This document shows, piece after piece, positions 1 to 13,329 of a stretch of 64,000 nt of DNA. The notes beneath the pieces are model-generated. The model was not told where the DNA came from. It saw nothing but the letters and a program-made list of their open reading frames with translations, and ran no database searches. How positions within the stretch are numbered: the first letter of the stretch is position 1; each line of letters begins with the position of its first letter. The stretch lies in the NCBI RefSeq assembly GCF_009914755.1, contig NC_060925.1. One strand, given 5' to 3'. Both the position numbers and the translations under genes were made by a program. The DNA is from the human T2T-CHM13v2.0 reference genome, Homo sapiens.

Positions 1-23
1 TGGCCCTGGCCATGGGTACTCAC

Positions 24-188
24 CATCTGTGCCCTCAGATACATCTGTGCTTGGCTTGCAGTCAGGGCTGGGGAAGACGTGTTGCCCAAGAGCACAGCCT
101 GCTGAGCGATGCCTGAGGCTGCTGCAGAGTTCACACTCTGGGCCCGGTTGAGGAGCTGGGCTGCTGCTGGGGAGGCTGCCAGGTTGAT
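24..188 (-). CDS. PHC2: PHC2 coding exon (aa 138-192, INLAASPAAAQLLNRAQ...QAQMYLRAQM)
   Basis: Not in the ORF track; read manually. Acceptor ctctctcattag|ATC, donor ATG|gtgagt. 165 nt, phase 0/0. QAQMYLRAQM is a conserved PHC motif. Confidence 0.95.
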
Positions 189-619
189 CTAATGAGAGAG
201 ACATGTGCGGTAGGAGATAGGAGGTTCTGTTGGTGAGCTGTGTCCCCCTCATCCATTTCTTTCTCCCCCCTCTTTTGCTCCTTGGTTTATTCAGCCTCCT
301 TCAGGAACGTCTGTGGTCCTTGGCTTTGGAGCAATCCCCCAGCCCTGTCCCATCTCTGACCTTGGTGCAGAGCTGCAGGGGGATCCCATGTTGAGAGAAC
401 TGAGCTATCCACAGAGAGCCCTGACACTGGGAGGATGACAGGGAGTTACTAACCTAAAGGTCAGTAAGAGACATGCCCTTTTCTTTTTCTTCCCGGTAAG
501 GGCAATAGATTCCAGCCATGATGCTACATGGCCACGGATTCACCACAACTGGGTCTGGGAACTTGGGCATTTTGGTCCTGGGGCTGTGGACTCTGCTGCT
601 GCTCCCCCATTCTACTCAC

Positions 620-697
620 CGAAGATGACTGGGCCGGGGCCTGCGCAGACACATTGCTGCCTGAAGTGCTTCCTTGTCTATTGGATACCAGGCTTGC
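620..697 (-). CDS. PHC2: PHC2 coding exon (aa 112-137, ASLVSNRQGSTSGSNVSAQAPAQSSS)
   Basis: Not in the ORF track; read manually. Acceptor tgttctttcctag|GCA, donor TCG|gtgagt. 78 nt, phase 0/0. Confidence 0.94.
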
Positions 698-986
698 CTA
701 GGAAAGAACAAACTCCTCTTGCTAGAGTCCCAGACCTCCCCCAGTCACTCCTGGGCTCTCATCATCCACAGGAGGTGCTGCAGGCTGGTGTTAAGGACAA
801 CAGCCTCTGGAGGTCAGCCCCCAACCTGCCTCTATGTGGCCCACAGCAAGTATCCCGCCTCCTCTGTGAATAGGTGAGGATGCTAACAGTACCTGCCTGA
901 TAGGATTGCTGAGAGGACTGAATAAGGCAAGGCATTGCCACTGACAACTATTAGGCCACCGCCTTCGGTGTGTGGAGCCCTCCACT

Positions 987-1146
987 CCACCACTATCACA
1001 CCCGGCCACCACCATCACACCCAGCCACCACCATCACACCTGGCCACCACCATCACACCCAGCCACCACCATCACACCTGGCCACCGCCATCACACCCGG
1101 CCACCGCCATCACACTTGGCCACTGCCATCACACCCAGCCACCGCC
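987..1146. repeat. 19-bp minisatellite, ~8.4 copies (CCACCACCATCACACCYRG)
   Basis: Units start at 987, 1006, 1025, 1044, 1063, 1082, 1101, 1120 and 1139. Confidence 0.95.
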
Positions 1147-1885
1147 CCCCACAGAGAATTTGCAGACATGAGCTGGAGTGTCCAAACTGCCCTTCTCCCC
1201 ATGGCCGGCTTCTCATCCTTCAAGTGTCAGCTCCAGTGTTACTCCAACAGACAGGCTTTTCCTGACCATGCAATGCAAGGCCGTCTACCTTGCCCTTCAG
1301 TCAGAACAATCTGTTCTTCTCTTTCATGGAGCTTATTGTAACTTAGAGATTTAAATATTTTGTTTCCTTGGCTATTCTGGTTCCTGTTTACTTGCTGTCT
1401 CCTATTGTAAGTGCCAAGAAGACAGGGTGCTCAGTATACCCAGTGCTTGATACAAACTTTGCATGCAGAAGGTACATAAAATGTTTTTCTGAATGGATAA
1501 ATGAATGTGTTCTTCTCAGCTAAGGAGGAGAGAGAGCAACAATGGGCAGACAAGCTAAACAGGCAGTGCCCTTCGTTCACGAACGCTTCCCTGGAACCCA
1601 CAGTCCTTTCCCTAGACCTGCGGTAAGGTGGTTAGGAGAGGGGCTCCCCGGCACTTCTTCCATGGGCTAGCATTCCGCCGCTATAGTCACTAGCTGCATG
1701 ACCCTGGGCTCTGTCCTTCATCTGCCAAAAGGAGATAATGACAGTAGTGCTCGTGTCACAAGGACTTCTTTAGGTTGCAGGTAAGAGAAGGATGTGAAGC
1801 GCAGGTGCGGTGCCTGCTTCCTCTCCCTTTTGCTTCCACAACCAGGATGCCTGGCACCAGCCTCAAGGTCCTTCCCAAGTCTCAC

Positions 1886-2044
1886 CTGCTGTACGGCTGC
1901 CAGGCTCTGGAGCTGGGCGCTGCTGAGGTGCTGCTGCTGGAGCGCCGCGGTCTGCAGCATGAGGTGCTGCTGCTGGGCGGCGTACATCTGCTGCAGGTAC
2001 TGAGCGGCCGTGCTGGGCTGTCTGTGCAGGGCCTGCTGGATCAC
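1886..2044 (-). CDS. PHC2: PHC2 coding exon (aa 59-111, VIQQALHRQPSTAAQYLQQMYAAQQQHLMLQTAALQQQHLSSAQLQSLAAVQQ)
   Basis: Pyrimidine tract and acceptor tcccttctcag|GTG; donor CAG|gtgaga. 159 nt, phase 0/0, in frame with the previous exon. Q-rich block typical of the polyhomeotic (PHC1/2/3) N-terminus. Confidence 0.97.
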
Positions 2045-2574
2045 CTGAGAAGGGAGGGAGGGGGAAGAGCCAGGCTGGTAGCTGCCACACAGAACACCCC
2101 TTTGGCAGTAATGCCTTGCCCACCCCAGGTCTCTATAACTGCTCGGGAGACACCAAGATCTGTGACCACCACCACAGCCAATTGTGGCCACTCTCTAGGG
2201 CAGTGGGAGGACAGCTGTTCGCAGAGCTTCTTCATCATGTCTAACTTTGTCTATCTTGCCTCTCTCTGCAGCTCCTCCCCAGCACGGCCTGCTCCTGCAT
2301 CAACTGCCTCGGTGAGGAGAATCAGAGCCGCACGCCAGTGCTTTAACCAACTCTTGGGCAGTAGGGAGGCTCAGGGAGACAGAAGGGTCTCCACCAGGCT
2401 TGTCAGGCACTCCTCTCCCTCTGTCACTCTGCAGCCTCAGATGAGAGTGAAGCTCAATAAGGCAGGGAAAAGAATGGGGGTGGAGGGAAGAGCCAAGTCA
2501 GCAGGGGGCCTACTCCAGCTTCAGCAACAGCCAGCCACAGGCAAACTTAGGTGGAGGCAATGCCTCCTTCTTGA

Positions 2575-3378
<804 letters not shown>

Positions 3379-4962
3379 TGACCCTGGGCCCTGTCCCGGC
3401 GAGCAAGCCTTGCCAGAACGGGGCCCAGGGTCAGGTCAGGCTTTCCCCAGGTTGGTGTGACTTCTAGGGCTGACAGCTCTAGGACAAAACAGCCTCTGGC
3501 TCAGATTTGGGGTTCTGTAAAAACAGCCTGTTGTTATAGCAGATCCTCCGTGGGCTCTGGTGTCTTCCCAGACATCCCCATCCCAACTCTTCCACATGTT
3601 GCCCCCAGATTCCACTCCTCTGACGTGAACACCCCTCTCCGATACCCTGTTTTATTTTAACTCTATTCTTTTTCTCTCCTGCTCTCTCAGAATTATCTGT
3701 CTGTATTCCCTTTGCCTAGGCCTTTCTATTAGACTCCTGAAAGTGACCTCCCCAGCAGTCCAGCCCATGTAGTTGAGATCCTGTGACCCTTCCTCATGAG
3801 AAGATGTCAATGAAGGGAGACAGGAGGAGCCCAGGATGGTTCTGCATGCAACCTTGGGTGATTCCACTCGCCAGAACAGGACCCCAGACCCCCTTTTGCC
3901 TAGAATTGTGATGAGTGGCAGGAGTGGGTATATCTGAATGCCGTGGCTATAAATCAGAGCTAAGGTTCTCATGCATGATGGGCCAGGGCCAGGTGCTGGG
4001 GCTAGGGACAAGGGTAGGGGCAGGAAACATGGATTCACTAAGCACGAGGTAGAAATAAGTGGGAGAGGGAAGAGTCCAGGGTATCTGATGGCATCTTCTT
4101 TAACTTGGGTTTTCAGGCCCTCTTACTGTCTGTTGTGGGTTCTCCCTTGTTCCCTTATCTGGGCCTAAGTTCAAAGCAGGATGAGGTCACTTTTCTAGTA
4201 TATCCAAACTGTAATAGCAAAGTCACTGGGAGTAAACACTTCTCAGCTGTGGTCTCTCTTTTCTGCCTGTATTATCCAGGAACCTCAAAAAAACATTGTA
4301 GTGATTAAGAACACAGGTCTGGGGTGAGAGGTTCAATTTTTTTGTCTTTACCTGAATGACCTTGAACAAGTTATTACCTTCTCTGAGCCCCAGTTTTCTC
4401 AACTACAGAATTGTGCCTAATAATAACCAAAAGGATAAGCGTGCAAAATGCTTAGTACCATGTCAGGCACACAGCAGATGGTAGTGCATGGCCCTGACTG
4501 CATTTAGGAGCAGTGAGCCGCCACCTGGAAGGCCTTCTGGATGACATTTGCCAACTGCTGCTTTAAGGGAGAAGGTAAAAAGCTGCAATGACAAAGGATT
4601 ATTTGGGGGTTCTCTTTGGCTTTTGGTCTCTGAAAAACTGAGATGTGTTCTTCACCGGGCAATGGTCATTTAGAGAGTGGGTCTGGGTTGTGGCTGAGCA
4701 GCTCTTGGTCATGTATTATTTGTTATTGTTACTTGTCTGCCCTTTATACTTTCACACACGTGTCCTCCAAACTCCTTGATTGGGCCATTTTGCATCCTTC
4801 ACCCCCTGTAACTATACACAAATGTGTATCTACGAACTCACTCCCATATGCCCGTTCTAGAGTCCACATCTAGATTATCCCACCAGACCATGCCAACACC
4901 TCCTCCTTGCTAGCCCTGGAGATGATTAAGGAGTATAATTCCCAGATCAATTAGACTCTTAC

Positions 4963-5136
4963 CTGCACGGTCTGCCGGTCTGGAATACCACTGTACACAG
5001 AAATCTGGGGCCCGGTGGGGCGGCCACTTCCACCACTGCTGCTGTTGTTGCAGCCACTGCTGCTACTGGCCCCGCTGGTACTGCTGGTGGCACAGGCACT
5101 GCTAGATGTATGTGGGACTGGCAGCTCATTCTCCAT
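4963..5136 (-). CDS. PHC2: PHC2 first coding exon (aa 1-58, MENELPVPHT...IPDRQTVQ)
   Basis: ATG in strong Kozak context (gcaggccATGG). 174 nt = 58 codons, ending CAG|gtaaga donor. The peptide is the recognisable PHC2 N-terminus (Ser/Gly-rich, then GPQISVYSGIPDRQTVQ). Confidence 0.97.
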
Positions 5137-5190
5137 GGCCTGCAGTGTGGCGCAGTCAGGGCGCTCGGATGGCAGAAGGGCAGGCAGATG
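5137..5190 (-). other. PHC2: 5' UTR portion of the PHC2 ATG-containing exon
   Basis: Acceptor tctgcctcttccctcctag|CATCTG 54 nt upstream of the ATG, with no upstream ATG. Confidence 0.85.
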
Positions 5191-5249
5191 CTAGGAGGGA
5201 AGAGGCAGAAGTGAATGTTTTGACAGACGCTTACTAGAGAATGTTCACA

Positions 5250-5583
5250 AAGTCAGCCTTTTGTATCTGTGGGTTCCACATCCATGGATTCAACCAACCA
5301 CAGGATCAAAAATATTCAAAAAATACGGTGTCTGTACTGAACACGTAAACTTTTTTTGTGTCATTATTCCCTAACCAATACAGTGTAACAACTATTTGCA
5401 TAGCATTTACATTGTATGAGGTATTATAAGTAATCTAGAGATGGTTTAAAGTATATAGGAGGATGTGGGTCAGTTATATGCAAATGTTATGCTACTTTAT
5501 ATTAGGGACTTGAGCTTCCATGAATGTTGGCATCCAAGGGGGTTCCTGGAACCAGTCCTCAGTGGATACCAGGTGACGACTAT
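5250..5583 (-). mobile_element. MER2 (TcMar-Tigger) DNA transposon
   Basis: Matches remembered MER2 consensus along its length (gggttccacatccatggattcaaccaacc ... ggataccaggtgacgact). Confidence 0.8.
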
Positions 5584-5634
5584 GCAGTATATACATCAGC
5601 TTTCCAGTCTGTGGTGGGGCCACTTGGGAACTGA

Positions 5635-5941
<307 letters not shown>

Positions 5942-6245
5942 TGAGGTCTTAAGACACACTTGCCCTCAGAAGGACAGGGCAGACTTGGTTCACTAGGTGA
6001 GATTTGAGATCAGGTCTGGCTGATTCTAAAGCCTATGACCTGTTTATTTTGCCAGAGGAAGCAAAACTAGGAAAGGAGGCAGACTTCCTATAACGTTCTC
6101 CCTAGCAGTGATCTCATGGATCACCTCTCACCCTATCAGCCTTTTCATCGTTGGGGTGGGGACACTGAACATCAGAGAATTTACTATTTGTCCATATTTA
6201 TACAGCCACCTAGTGAAAGAAGCAGGACTAACAATCTACAGAGAA

Positions 6246-6521
<276 letters not shown>

Positions 6522-8206
6522 TCAAATAAACTGAGGTGTTTATTTAGTTTAGTTTTCAAAGCCAGAAGAGCTCAAGTGTGTTTGAGGTATCTATCTTTAT
6601 TAGGTATGTACTTACTGAGTGCCCTCTGGATCTAACGCTTAGCAGGGTACCATACTGACCAATCTGGTTAAAATCTCAGGTTGTGGAATCAGAAAGACTT
6701 GGCTTTGTCCTGGCTCTGCCACTTTCTAGCCAGGAAATCCTGGCATGTCACACCTGTCTGACCTGTTTCTTAATCAATTAGATGTGACAGGATATGGGCT
6801 GTGGTGAACATAAAGAAAAGTGATGATGAAAGGTGCTCAGCAGAGTGCCAAGCATATCCTGTGTGCTCTGTAAGCACTGGCTCTTGTGGCCTGGTTCACA
6901 CTGCCCAGATCCAATAGATAGGGTCTCTCCTAAGACAGAAATGGCAGAACCTTCTGGAATCTCCTATCCCAGTCAGTAAGGAGGGCCATAAATTCCTTCA
7001 GGGCCCATCCTATGGTCTGAATACAGAACTGGAAATTCTACCTTCCCTTGAGGCTGTGTGCTTGGCAGTGGAGAGGGGTTGGGAAAGAAGGAAAGGGTGG
7101 TGGGAGAGGCACACCCAGATCTGAGTTTAAGTTCCTCTTTTTTTCTTTTTCCATGCTTTTCTTAAAAATCCTCATTTCTGTGTAGAGGCTGTTCCTTCTA
7201 CCCATTCCTTCCTACATGGAAAAATAATATTTGTTTGTCACCCCATCACACACATTCAGTCATCTGCTTGTAGAGTATACCCATTTAATAGGTGAAGAAA
7301 ATATAATTTTTCATACTAATGAGAGCATGATTAGTGCAAAGAGCCAAAGTAATCATTACTATTCTGCTGCTATCTCCCCAATACTGCTCAGTTTCAGGGT
7401 TATCATTGCTCAGGCTGCCTTCTTCAGACTGGGGGAATTTCACTGTGGGCTGAAAAAAGTGTGGGTAAAGTCTAAAAGACAGGAATGTTGGGAGTCTGGA
7501 AACCCAAGCCACTCCCAGGTGGCAGGCAGCAAGTTGCTTATGATTTCCAAGGCAGTGTAGCAGCCTGCAAGCTGCACTCTTGACCTTACTCTTTAAGCAG
7601 TGATTTTTCCTTATGTTCATATGTCTGCTTTTACTGCCATAGAGCAAGGTGCTTGTCCATGAATTAATTCCCTTTGTCCTGAGCTGCACGCAGTGCTGGG
7701 CCTTATTATGGCTACTGACTTGCTAAGGATGCTTATGATGATAATGATGATGCAGGAATCAATGAAGCAGCAAAGTCAACAAGTACTTCCTATGTCTTGG
7801 CGCTGTCAAAATCCACTTTATCTTATGTTCTAGGGAGGGAAAATTAGGCTGCATAAAAAGTGGTAGGAGGTATAATTCCTGATCTCACAGAAACTGAAAA
7901 ACTAATTGTAAAGGTGAGGTGCAATTGAAATTATAAGGATCATCAAGCAACAAATCAGTAAATGATAGTTCCATTCAAACACAGACTACCTCACAGAATC
8001 CCAACATCTTCTCTTAGTTCAAAGTCTCACCTCCCTTTTCCCAAATGTTGGCCAGAATTGGGTTTCATTTCTTGCTTTTCATTACACACTGGAAAATCTC
8101 AACTGAAGTACTTATAAATATAAAAAATAAAATGGGAAAATAGGGCAGAAAATTAAGAGGGTAGAATAATCTACATCCTGGATGATCAAGTCTCAGTTCT
8201 ATTTCT

Positions 8207-8365
8207 GTGAGTGTAGTTAATCATACTGAATTGCACACTTAAAATCTAGTCATATTCTGACCTTCCCTCCTCTATCCTTCACGTGATTGAGAGAGCAATC
8301 AAGAGAGTAAGAGAGCACACTTGAAAGACAGCCACAGCTATCAAAAGCATGAGCTAGAACAGAGG
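8207..8365 (-). repeat. Inverted copy of 9669-9835
   Basis: Manual alignment to the reverse complement: about 10 substitutions and two 4-nt indels. Confidence 0.95.
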
Positions 8366-8595
8366 CTGTGTAGAGGCTGTTCCTTCTACCCATTCCTTCC
8401 TACATGGAAAAATAATATTTATTTGTCATCCCATCACAGACATTCAGTCCTCTGCTTGTAGAGTATACCCATTTAAGAGGGGAAGAAAATATAATTTTTC
8501 ACATTAATGAGAGCATGATTAGTGCAAAAAGCCAAAGTCATCATTAATGTCCTGTTGCTATCTCCCCAGTACTGCTCAGTTTGGGGGTTATCATT
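8366..8595 (+). repeat. Direct copy of 7178-7407
   Basis: 230 bp ungapped match, about 17 substitutions by manual count. Confidence 0.95.
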
Positions 8596-8877
8596 TCTAT
8601 TTCTTTTTTCCTTTTGTAGCAGCTAGGGCAGACACTGTGGAGAGTGTACACTCAAATCTTGTTAAGAAATAAGACAAAAGTCTTGAGGGAGCATGGCATT
8701 CCTTTACAGAAAAACTGTACAGGCCAGGACAGCCACTGCTCCCCATGCAGGGGAGAGAGACTTACTGCAGCAACCTGGGCACGTGGGCACAGTGCACTTC
8801 CCACACTCTTGTCGCCTGTCTCCTCCTGTGGGCAAGCATGCCTTTCCTTTCTTCTCTCTCCAGTTCTAGGCTTTGTC

Positions 8878-9112
8878 TCCCCGCCCACCGCCCCCCTGCC
8901 CCCCCACCCCCCCACTGCCCCCCTGCCCCCCACCCCCCCACCGCCCCCTGCCCCCCCCATCCCCCCTGTCCCCCCCTTCCCCCCGGTCTCCCCTGCCCAC
9001 TGTCCCCCTTGCCCTCCCACCATTCCCCCTGTCCCCCCACCATCCCCCCCGCCCCCCACCATCCCCCCACCCACTGTCCCGCCCCTCCTCCCACTACCAC
9101 CCCCAACCACCC
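8878..9112 (-). repeat. C-rich low-complexity tract (G-quadruplex-prone on minus strand, i-motif-prone on plus strand)
   Basis: Dozens of C3-C7 runs separated by short spacers. Confidence 0.9.
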
Positions 9113-9794
9113 GTGTCTTTTCTGTGTCAGTAGTTTTTGATTCCCCAGTCCCTGGTTTTCCCACTCTTTCCCTGCCCCTGGTCCCTGCCATCTCTCACAC
9201 CTGTGCCCATGCTCCCTTTCACCACTGATTTCTCAGAGCTGCTCCTTGGGTGGGCCCATCCTCAGTGTGCTCACCCTCCCTCACTCTGCCTTGGCTCTCT
9301 GGAATACGAGCACGTCCTCCCCCTCGCTCTTGCTCCCACTCTTGCCCTCTTGCCCCGCTGTGATTGATCCAGACTGGTAGCTCCGTTTCCCTCTAATGAG
9401 CTCTCTCCCCTACTCGACCTTCTTGCTGCCTCCTGGGCTGCTCGCCCTTGACCAGTCTCCTGCCTCTGGCTCCCCGTGGCTCTCCCAAGTGCCCGCACCC
9501 TTGCTGCACATGCTCCAGCTCTCTCTCCTGTCGCTTGTAGTCTCCCCCTCCCTGAGCATCTGCCATCCCAGGCTTGATCAGCAGGTCTGTCTCTTCAATT
9601 CACACAGACACTCTCTCTTACTTCTTGGATAGTGCATGCTCATGTTGCTCTCTGTCCCCAGCTTGCACCCTCTGTTCTAGCTCACACTTTTGATAGCTGT
9701 GGCTGTCTTTCAAGTGTGCTCTCTCACTCTCTTGACTGCTCTCTCTCTCAATCACTTATGTAAAGGATAGAGAAGGAAAGTTCAGAATATGACT

Positions 9795-10320
9795 AGATTT
9801 TAAGTGTGCAATTCAGTACCATTAACTACACTCACCTGTTGTGCAATCATCACCACCATCTATTCCCAGAACTTTCTCATTACCCAAAACAGAAACTCTG
9901 TAACCATTAAGCAATAACTCCTCAGTCCCCCTTGTCCCCTGCCTATCCCCTAACCTCTAATCTACTTTCATTCTCTATGAATTTGCCTGTTCTAGATAGC
10001 TCATTTAAGTGGAAGCATATTAATATTTGTCCTTTTGTGTCTGGCTTGTTTCACTTAGCATAATGTTTTCAAAGTTCATTCATGTTGTAGCATGTATGAG
10101 AATTTCTTTCCCTTTGATAGCTGAATAGTATTCCATTGTATACCTACATACACACCACATTGTGTTTGTTCATCTGTTGATGAACACTGGGGTGGTTTCC
10201 ACCTTTTGGCTATTGTGAATAATGTTGCAATGGAATGAACACGGCATATAAGTCCTTGCTTCTGTTCTGTTGGGTATAACCTAGCAGTGAAATCTCTGGG
10301 TCATATGTTATTCCATGTTT
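9795..10320 (-). mobile_element. Old L1 (L1MB-like) 3' end
   Basis: Typical antisense L1M 3' UTR motifs (ttttaagtgtgcaattcag, gctgaatagtattccattg, ttggctattgtgaataatg). Confidence 0.85.
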
Positions 10321-13300
10321 GGGCATGTGAATATCCATTTGTCCCTGCATCATGTGTTGAATTACCTCTGTTCTTGGGCCCACCCAGTGCCCCCACCCCA
10401 CAAGCTGCTCCATGTGGGATGTGAAACCCTCCATGATCTGACCCATTTTGCCTTCCTGGCCTCATTTTCCACACTTGCACTCTCTCTGGTCTCAGCATTA
10501 TGACCAAGGTGCCCAGGTCATTTGGAATTTGGCTGCCTTGCTACTTCCTACCTCTGTGGTTTTTACCGCTGTGGTTTCACTCACGCTATTCCCCTCCCCT
10601 GAAATGCCTTCCTTCAATTTTTCATGTAACCAACTCCTTAGATCTTCAAAACAACTTGAGTCTCTCCTGTGAAATATGCACTGAATGCAACCCCCCCAAC
10701 TCTTCTCCTCTTGCTTCCTTCAAATTAGGTTCCAGTGTCTTCCTTTAAGCCATCCAGCTTAAAGGCTGCTCCCAGAGCACTCTGTGCCTGCCTGTCTCCT
10801 AGCACTTACAACATAGCCTTACAAGAAAGTGATTTGCTTGGGGGTGGGATCATGTCATATTTTCCCATAATACCTTGTGCTTCGTTCCATAGATGTTTGT
10901 TGAATAAAATTGCTTGAAATGCACCATACTCCATCCTACTCCTCATCTGAAAGCTTAATCTCTACCTCATCCACAAATTTCTCACCAACTAGTTTAAAAC
11001 ATCAGCCACCTGTGATTTCACTTCAGTACCTTCCATCAATGGTGTCTATACTAATAATAGTGATTATTTATTGAGCACTTACTACTTGTCAAGCACTATC
11101 ATAGATACTATGACCTCCCTTATGGTATAGGTATGATTATCCCAATTTTGTCAATGAGAAATATATCTAAGCAATTTATGTAAGGTCATCATAGAACTGG
11201 GATTCAAAACCAAGTCCGACTCCAAAGCCAGAGCGCTTCCCATGATCCTCTCTGCAACTTCACCTTGAGCCATTATTTCAGCCACACTGGGTGAAGTCCG
11301 TGTCAAAGCATACTAGATTTTCAGTTGAAAACGAACTGATATCTCTGAATTTAATTCCCTAATTGTTAATTAATGTCCATTTATACTTACAAAATATTCT
11401 ATGTAATATATATATAAAGGATAATATGCTTGTGTATCCATCAACCAGTATGAGAAATCAAAAATTACCATAATCTCCCTTGTTTTTTCTATGCAAGAAC
11501 GGAGACCCAGTGTGGGGGAGGTAAGTGACTTGGGGTGATATGGCTCCCCTGATTCTCATCCAGTACCATGGAAGGCACCTCAGGAAACCTCCTGCCCGCA
11601 TGGTGGTGGTGACTTATCAACGAGAGAGGTGAAGTTTGCCCTGCAGAGAAACCAGAAGCTAGGGTCCTGCCATATGTCACTTTATTGTTGGTCTCCTAGT
11701 AGAAGGGAACTTGAGTTGGAAGAAAACATAATTAGTAAGTGTGGACCCATATAACAGCTTTAAAACTTTTTTTTCTACAGTTCCCCTTTTTGAACCAGAG
11801 CTTTCATATCTCCCCCTTCACACCTTCCTTCCGCTCAAAGTTCTGGCTGCTGGAGAGTAGCGGAGGCATTCTGCAGTCTCAGTAAGGGCTACTGAGGCAT
11901 CTGTGGACTCTCCTTACATCCTTCCCTCTGGTGACCCACATTAGAAAATCTGAATCCTTAAACTTTCACAGTATCTAGGCTTTCAGTATTCTACCCACCC
12001 CTTTTCAATTTCCTTTTAATTCCTACTCTTATTCTTTCCTTCTCTTCCAACTAGTTCTTTATTTCTTCCCCAAGGCCACCCATCCCTGCGGACTCCCATT
12101 ATAAATCACAGCCAAATCTCATTAATGGCTAACATCAAGAACTAGAAGTCTGTTTTTCTCTGGGTTCCTACTCACTGTGTGGTTTTGTATGAGCCCGGGC
12201 TCTGAAGGGCTATGATTCCTATTTAAGTCACTTCTCCCCTCCTAACTGCAATGGGCCACTTTGAATGATGTGCTGAATATAACTGGCTTGGATAGTGATC
12301 TTATTACAGGTCTCTGCTGCCCACAGGGCCTGAGACCAGCAGCTGGAGAAACGCTGATGGTTCTGCCCTCCCAGGAGCCGCCAAGTCTACGAAACACTAG
12401 GCCTTTGTCCCCAGTGTCAGGGAAATCCATTTGCTGTGGATTACAGCTGTGACAGAGGTTCCGGGAAAGCAGAGGGGAAGGATACTGAAAACCTCTCTCC
12501 AAATCTAGCCTAAAGCCCTGGGGTAAGGCAGGGTGAGGTTTTTCCTAATGGAATCAGAGCTGGGCAGGAAATGAGAAGTCTCGTCAGCCCCATCGTGGCT
12601 GCTGGTATTATCATGAGGCGGCTTGGTATGGAGAGTCTGAAGAGATGGGTGAACATATTCCTTTGCTGTGGCTCTGCTTCTCCTTTCTGGATGCCCCTCC
12701 GCCAGAGGCATAAGGCAGTAATAACAGAAGATTCAGACTCCCTAGACTTAGGGGACCTGGGGGAGGCCTCCTTACACCTCTCGGCTGCTGCATGAACATA
12801 AGTGTCCTGATTTGTTCCAGTCTGAAGCCACTGACTCACTGGGAGCAGTCCAAATGGATGCAGCTCAAACCATCTCAAAAGGTCCCTCCCTCTCCCCTGT
12901 CCTCTGCATGTTGCCACCTTTAGTGTCTCTAGAAACCAAAGTAAGTAAATGAAGGCCAACAAAAATAGAAGTGAAGGATGAGAAATTAAAGCTGGTCATA
13001 TAGTCCTAGCAATCCAAACAGAATGATTTCATTGTGATGCAAAACACTATAAATTTAAATGAGTAAACTTTCTGAAACCTTACTGTTTTCTTCCTAATTT
13101 ATAAAAGGCAGGTTATATCAAGTATTTCTATAACAAGGTGGTGCTGGTTGGTTGAAGAATATGAGGAGGAAAAAGAAGGATTTGCTGTCTTTTGGAAGGG
13201 ATGTACAGTGAAAGCCACACTGTGCAGATGCTGAATGCTTGGGGACGGGATGGATGAGTTTGTCTAGACTTGGGCAGCCCTGGACTCACTGCTGTAAGGC

Positions 13301-13329
13301 AGAGCAAAATATATTCTGTGTCTTCTATG

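Noticed and set aside
987-1146. Regular repeat array as a CRISPR-like structure
   Set aside because: No unique spacers, and the context is eukaryotic; it is a plain tandem repeat.
935-1341. His/Pro/Thr-rich ORFs in three frames
   Set aside because: Translations of the 19-bp minisatellite.
8644-9228. Poly-Pro and poly-Gly ORFs on both strands
   Set aside because: Product of the C-rich tract; no splice or codon evidence.
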